Shown: piece after piece, positions 58,488 to 64,000 of the stretch
Layout of the letters: each line of letters starts with the position of its first letter
How positions within the stretch are numbered: the stretch's first letter is position 1
Source of the DNA: Haliotis cracherodii
Lineage: Eukaryota
Assembly (NCBI RefSeq): GCF_022045235.1
Contig: NW_027266286.1
Location: forward strand, 60,140,001-60,204,000
DNA: 64,000 nt
Direction: 5' to 3'
Translations under genes and position numbers: made by a program
Notes under the pieces: generated by a model
What the model saw: the letters and a program-made list of their open reading frames with translations, nothing else
Told to the model about the DNA's origin: nothing
Database searches by the model: none

Positions 58488-61400
58488 TCACGTGGCTGAC
58501 GCTGCATTCAACAGCGATTCATCCGAGTTAACCCTGATCATCTCCTCCACGATGTAACGAATGTCTTTCGCATCCCCTAATTCCACATCTGGCACTATAA
58601 TCCTCAGAAGCCTGTGCACATTGTCTTGCAAAGCCTTCAGCTCCTCCATAGTCTGTGTCACCTCTGTACATTTAGCAGAATACATCTTTTTCAGTTCCTC
58701 ATACCTCTGCTTAGTTTCAGAATCGCACAATGCATCCTTGTCCTTCTCCTTCCGAGGAGCAATCTGTTTTTCTTTTGATTTTGAATACAGGTTACTGCTC
58801 ACAGTCATTTTCCTCTGCTTCTTGGAATCACCGTTGGCTTTTCTCAACACATCTATCTCTTTGTCCAACTCCTCAATACTTGGTTTTACGTCTTTACTTT
58901 TCTCTTTTGTGCCCTCTGTTCCTTTCCTTTCTTGGACCGGTGACTTGGGGCCACCTGCCTCTGCCCCATCACTGTTCTGTAGAAGCTGCTCATCCAGTTC
59001 ATCTTTGTCAGGCTTGATGTCATCAGTACGGAACATCTTGCTAGGTGTCGGGGATGATGTCAGCATGTCCTCGTCCTCCAGAGTCAGGTCAATCAGTTCG
59101 GTCACGGGTTTTCGCTTTCCAGTGTTGCGTTGTTTTTCCTGAGGATTTGCAGGGTCGTCGTTTTCCACAATATTGATCACCTCTCCATCCTCCGTCTTGA
59201 AACACATGTTCTGGTTTCTGTTGTTGCCGCTGAAAATGACACGCACAAAAACTTGAAACAACACATACCGTATTCGATGTAATAAGCGCCCCGCTCTAAT
59301 AAGCACCCATGGCAATATTGGCTAATGTATTGGCAAATGAACAATCCCAATTAGCACCACTTCCGACTGATCAATGTACAAAGGACTTATTTATTCGCAT
59401 ATAATACGCACTCGTGTGTTATATGCACCCTTAATTATAGGCAATTAAATTCTGGAAAAATATACCTGTCATTGATAAACATTTCAGATTGTCAGCATAA
59501 ACCACGAAATATCCGATCTTTCAACTCTTTTTTTTTCACCAAAATAATATTCTAATAAGGGGCCCCTATTTATATTCCAGCTATATGATGGCGGTCTGTA
59601 AATAATCGAGTCTGGACCAGACAATCCAGTGATTAATATCATGAGCATCGATCCACGCAATTGCGATCGATGACATGCATCAACCAAATCAGCGAGCCTG
59701 AAAACCCGATCCCTAAGTCGCCTTTTACAACAAGCATAGTCTCCTTTTACGGCAAGCATGGGTTGCTGAAGATCTATTCTACCCCAGATCTTCACGGGTC
59801 CTACACGCACTTGGGATACAGTGACATGCATCAACCAAGTCAGTGAGCCTGAGCCTCCAATCTCATTGGTTGCCTCTTACGACATGCATTGTCACCTTTT
59901 AAGGCGAGCACACAATAAAAATACTTGCATTAAATTGAAAATGAACATAGATACTTGAATACTCTATATACAGAGACAGAGTTACCATGGTAACTGACCT
60001 TGTGGATGACACAGGTGAATTCCCTGCCAGATTTTCTGCTTTCTCTAGAAGGTTCTGCAAAGACACAATAGTCACAAGAGACATATAACTTGTACTTTAA
60101 TGGATGGTCTTACAAGATTTTGTTCTAAAGCTTGAGGTACATGTGAATCATGACAAAAATAAAGAAAGAGTGTTATTCAGTTGTTACGGACATCATACTC
60201 CTGTTTCCTGGCCAGCTTCACACAACCACAACCAGCTAAGGAACAACTCTGCACACATGTGAGAGTGATAGTTTGCAGTGAGTGAGAGAGCTTGGATCAA
60301 TGCAACTTTGAAAGTATTGAAGCTATATCACTGACGTGGGAGGAAAGCCCCTTGTGATGCAGGTGCTGACAAACCTAGGAACATAAACAGGGCAAATCTT
60401 GTTTCGAACAAATGATCATAGGTTTCCCAGCACAACAGCACCTTAGACAGCTGGAACACAAAGGTCAAAGGTCATACAGAAAGGAGGAAGGTACTGACGT
60501 TGTTCTCCATGTTGACGACGCGGAGGTTCTCGGCAGCCTTCAGCAGCTCCCCCTTCTGCTGCTCCTGCTGCTTCTTCTGCTCTTGGAGTTGCAGGATCAG
60601 CCGCTTCTGCAGCGCCTCACGCTTCTTCGACTCGATCAGAGCCTTCTCCAGGTTCACCACGTCCTTCCGCATCTGATTCTTCGAACTTGTCACCTGACAC
60701 AGGTTAAAAATAAATAGCATGTCATAGTCCTCTATTACATCAGTATCACATACAGATGTCATCATATCGCAATATCGATACATTTGTAATATCGATGCTG
60801 TAGTGATACAAATGAATGAATATCGATACTATATTAATAATTCACTGCCACAGACGTGTTTATATCTATTGAAATTACCATGTTAATCATGGACAATGAA
60901 AAGACAAAACCTTCCGTTTTAAACATTTAATGGACCAGCCTGGTTCATATTTACCACTACATTAAGTAACTACAGGTCTACATAGGTACTTTTTTATCTA
61001 CAGTAAACTATGGTTATAATGAACTCAAAGGGACCACTAATTTTAGTTTGTTATAAACATTCTTTGTTATAGTGAGTGAGTGAGTTGGGTGTAACGCCAC
61101 TTCTAACAGTATTCCAGTTATATCGCGGCGTGTCAGCTTAATGTGGGAGGAAAGCCCCAAGTGATGCAGGTCTCAGACGTTTACCACTTCGGTGAAACCC
61201 ACTAGCACGGGTATGGTGCTGACAAACCTAGAAACATAATTGGGGCGAACCGGGATTCGAACCCACAATCATAGGTTTCTGGCATGCCTAAGGGACGCAA
61301 TCCTGCACAGCGAATCGCGGCGCTTTAGACTGGGCCACCCGGGCTCCCTCTTTGTTATAAGCATATATGCCACATATACACAACAAATAGCCAAGACAAA

Positions 61401-63982
61401 TAACTAGTCCATAATATCGATACATTGCATTGACTTTGTCTTCGGCTTTGTAAGCAAACTGATCCAAGCTAATTACATGAAAATAACAACAATAACCTTT
61501 CTAACATTGTGAAGTAGCTAAGGTAGGATTTCACCATGATATTGATATAAGTGCATGAAAGTTTCATGAAAGTGTATTGGACTTGCATAGAGCTGTGGAT
61601 AACATAGTGTGACTCTATATATTGCGGTATCGGTAAATCTTGTAATCTACATCCCCTGTCGACTGTTTACTTATGCAAAACTCAGCACACTATTTCACTA
61701 CATGATCAAATACAGGACTTGTTGCGTTGTGTCATGGCTACTCGAAAGTATACACGTTAACATTTTAGGATAGCTCTAGGATGCTTTTGAAGTGGAATTA
61801 CCCCTTCCTCCATTCGAAATTGGTTAGAAAAGAATCCAATTGTTTGGACGCTCTCCTTTGATCCAAACTAGGTCATATGAATACTGATTATGCATAATCA
61901 AAAACAGGAAGTGATGTAAACCTCAGAACAAAACAGTGAAGATTACTAACAGTAATATTGATATCAGGGGATGGATACTAGGAACTCATTTTTTTCTTTT
62001 TCTTTTTCTTTTTTTTAGTGGTCAGGGTGGCCTAGTGGTTAAAGCTTTAGCTTGTCATGCCAAAGACACGGGTTCGAATCCCAACATGGGTACAATGTGT
62101 GAAGCCCATTTCTGGTGCCCCCTGGTGCCCCCTGCTAAAAGTGGCGTAAAAACCATACTCACTCACTCACTCTTTTTAACTTGGACACTGACAATGACAC
62201 TTTTCTCACTTATTCTCCATACCAAACCATTGGAATTGACTTGGTAACAGATGAATGGCCAGATGGATAGCCATGCTGATGACTAAACCTCCCACTGTAT
62301 CAGGGGGATGGAGAACCATGCCAGGGGGAGGACAGGGGGATGTACAGGGAAAAGTTCATCACTGAAACTATTGCTTTCTGCATGGATATCCTTCATAGGA
62401 GATGATATTTGCCGACGGTAATCTTTACTTTGAATAATCAAAGTAACTACCTCTCCTTGATTAATACGCTGTAATGTTCGTTGAATTGCCACCTCTCGGT
62501 CCCGTAGTTCTCTCTCTTTCTGTATCCGACGTTGATGCTGAAACAGAGGAAGAATACCCAGTCTCATAAAAGCACAGCACAGCCACAACTCTGAAAATAA
62601 AACTGCAAAAACTTGGTTTGCTTTTCAACACTGCACTCAGCAATATTTCAGCCACAAGATGGCGGCCTGCAAAATACCAAGTCTGGATTGATATTATGAG
62701 CAACGATCCACGTGTGGTATGATGGCACGTTACCAGCCCAGTCACTGAGCCTGAACACCCGATCCACTATGTGATCTCTTACAACAAGCATAGGCCCCGC
62801 CCTTGTTGGTCTTGACACAAATTTGCATAAGTTTGACACGCACTTGGTGCATTTGACATAAATATTAGGTTGCATTTTTCAAAAAACAGTTGCACTGGTG
62901 CATGTTTTATGAAGATAAATCAAGCCCTGAAGTTATTTTATAGCTACCTCCTCCATCTTGCACAGTTTCCTCTTCTCTTCCCTGAAACAAACGGAATAAG
63001 ACTCAATAAACTCAAAACCTCCAACATGACTTCTACAAAAGACAGGGAAAGTCAATGAAAGCATGGGATGAAATCACAACCATACTATTCTCTTCGAAAC
63101 AATAAACAACTGAACCAAGTGTACACGTTTGTCAAGCTGGTAAGCAGCGGCTGATGTGGGGGAAGGAATGGCATGGTAACTGGCAGTTATATTTGCTAAA
63201 ATGAGTGAATATATTTTCATTACGTAATTGTAAATTTCTGCATTATGATGGCACGTGGACACCAGGAATGGTCTCCATACGTTCCAGTTGCCAGGAATGA
63301 AATCCAAGCCTTTGGCATGATAGGCAAACGCTTTAACCACAAGGCTACCCCATCGACTCAAAGTCATCAGGACATTCTAGGCCATTGCCAACTTGTCAAC
63401 TACGATCTTCTTCTACATTATTGTACATCGTTTCTGAAACAGAAGACAAACATCGGACATTGTCCCAGAACATGAACTGATGTGAAACCAACACTGGTAG
63501 ACTGCAAGGCTGGCTTCACGTACTCATCAACCCTCCGCTACTTACTGCTGTTTCTTGTATGTCTTCTCGTAAGTCGGCCTGTTTAACAAACTAATGTGTA
63601 GAGAGGAAGGCTGGCTTCACGTACTCATCAACCCTCCGCTACTTACTGCTGTTTCTTGTACGTCTTCTCGTAAGTCGGCCTGTTTAACAAACTAATGTGT
63701 AGAGAGGAAGGCTGGCTTCACGTACTGATCAACCATCCCCTACTTACTGCTGTTTCTTGTACGTCTTCTCGTAAGTCGGCCTGTTTAACAAACTAATGTG
63801 TAGAGAGCAAGGCTGGCTTCACGTACTGATCAACCCTCCGCTACTTACTGCTGTTTCTTGTACGTCTTCTCGTAAGTCGGCCTGTTTAACAAACTAATGT
63901 GTAGAGAGGAAGGCTGGCTTCACGTACTGATCAACCATCCCCTACTTACTGCTGTTTCTTGTATGTCTTCTCGTAAGTCGGC
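58488..63982 (-). CDS. MORC3/4-like CW-type zinc finger protein, 3' part. Exons 63546-63578 (repeated), 62948-62981, 62451-62537, 60499-60693, 59999-60054, 58488-59229; 5' part beyond window
   Basis: PTYEKTYKK motif (follows the CW domain in recalled MORC3), coiled coils, SIM-like VINIV and LIDLT, C-terminal LQDNVHRLLRIIVPDVELG..IVEEMIRVN resembling the MORC3/4 tail. Phases are consistent. Confidence 0.75.
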
Positions 63983-64000
63983 CTGTTTAACAAACTAATG
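63506..64000 (-). repeat. 101-bp tandem repeat, at least 5 copies, each with AG, a 33-nt coding block and GTAAGT
   Basis: Units start at 63506, 63607, 63708, 63809, 63910. Confidence 0.95.

Noticed and set aside
58561-59142. 193-aa plus-strand ORF
   Set aside because: Antisense shadow of the MORC-like terminal exon.

Overview
Eukaryotic, intron-rich animal DNA. The SINE repertoire with (ACTC)n tails suggests a gastropod such as abalone (inference). Five protein genes can be spliced by hand with GT-AG junctions and consistent phases. (1) A CYP2-clan cytochrome P450 (minus strand, 3 exons seen, heme-Cys exon not found), with a pseudo-exon duplicate, a 918-bp mini-Polinton/Maverick in intron 1, and a ~1.2-kb inverted partial copy. 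(2) RPL13A (minus, 7 exons, 203 aa), hosting 13 box C/D snoRNA genes, 10 of them in one intron. (3) ISCU (minus, 5 exons, 159 aa), head-to-head with (4) parkin/PRKN (plus, 11 exons, 405 aa). (5) The 3' half of a MORC3/4-like gene (minus, runs off the right edge). Most notable: the single-intron snoRNA cluster built from a predicted dual guide (SNORD33-type plus SNORD48-type), a SNORD34 variant whose register appears shifted by 4 nt, and four minisatellites made of splice sites or a whole micro-exon. Several SINE, MITE, Helentron-like, Tc1 and Penelope-like repeats fill the rest. Homology calls are from recall of reference sequences, not from searches. Most long ORFs in the supplied track are repeat artefacts.
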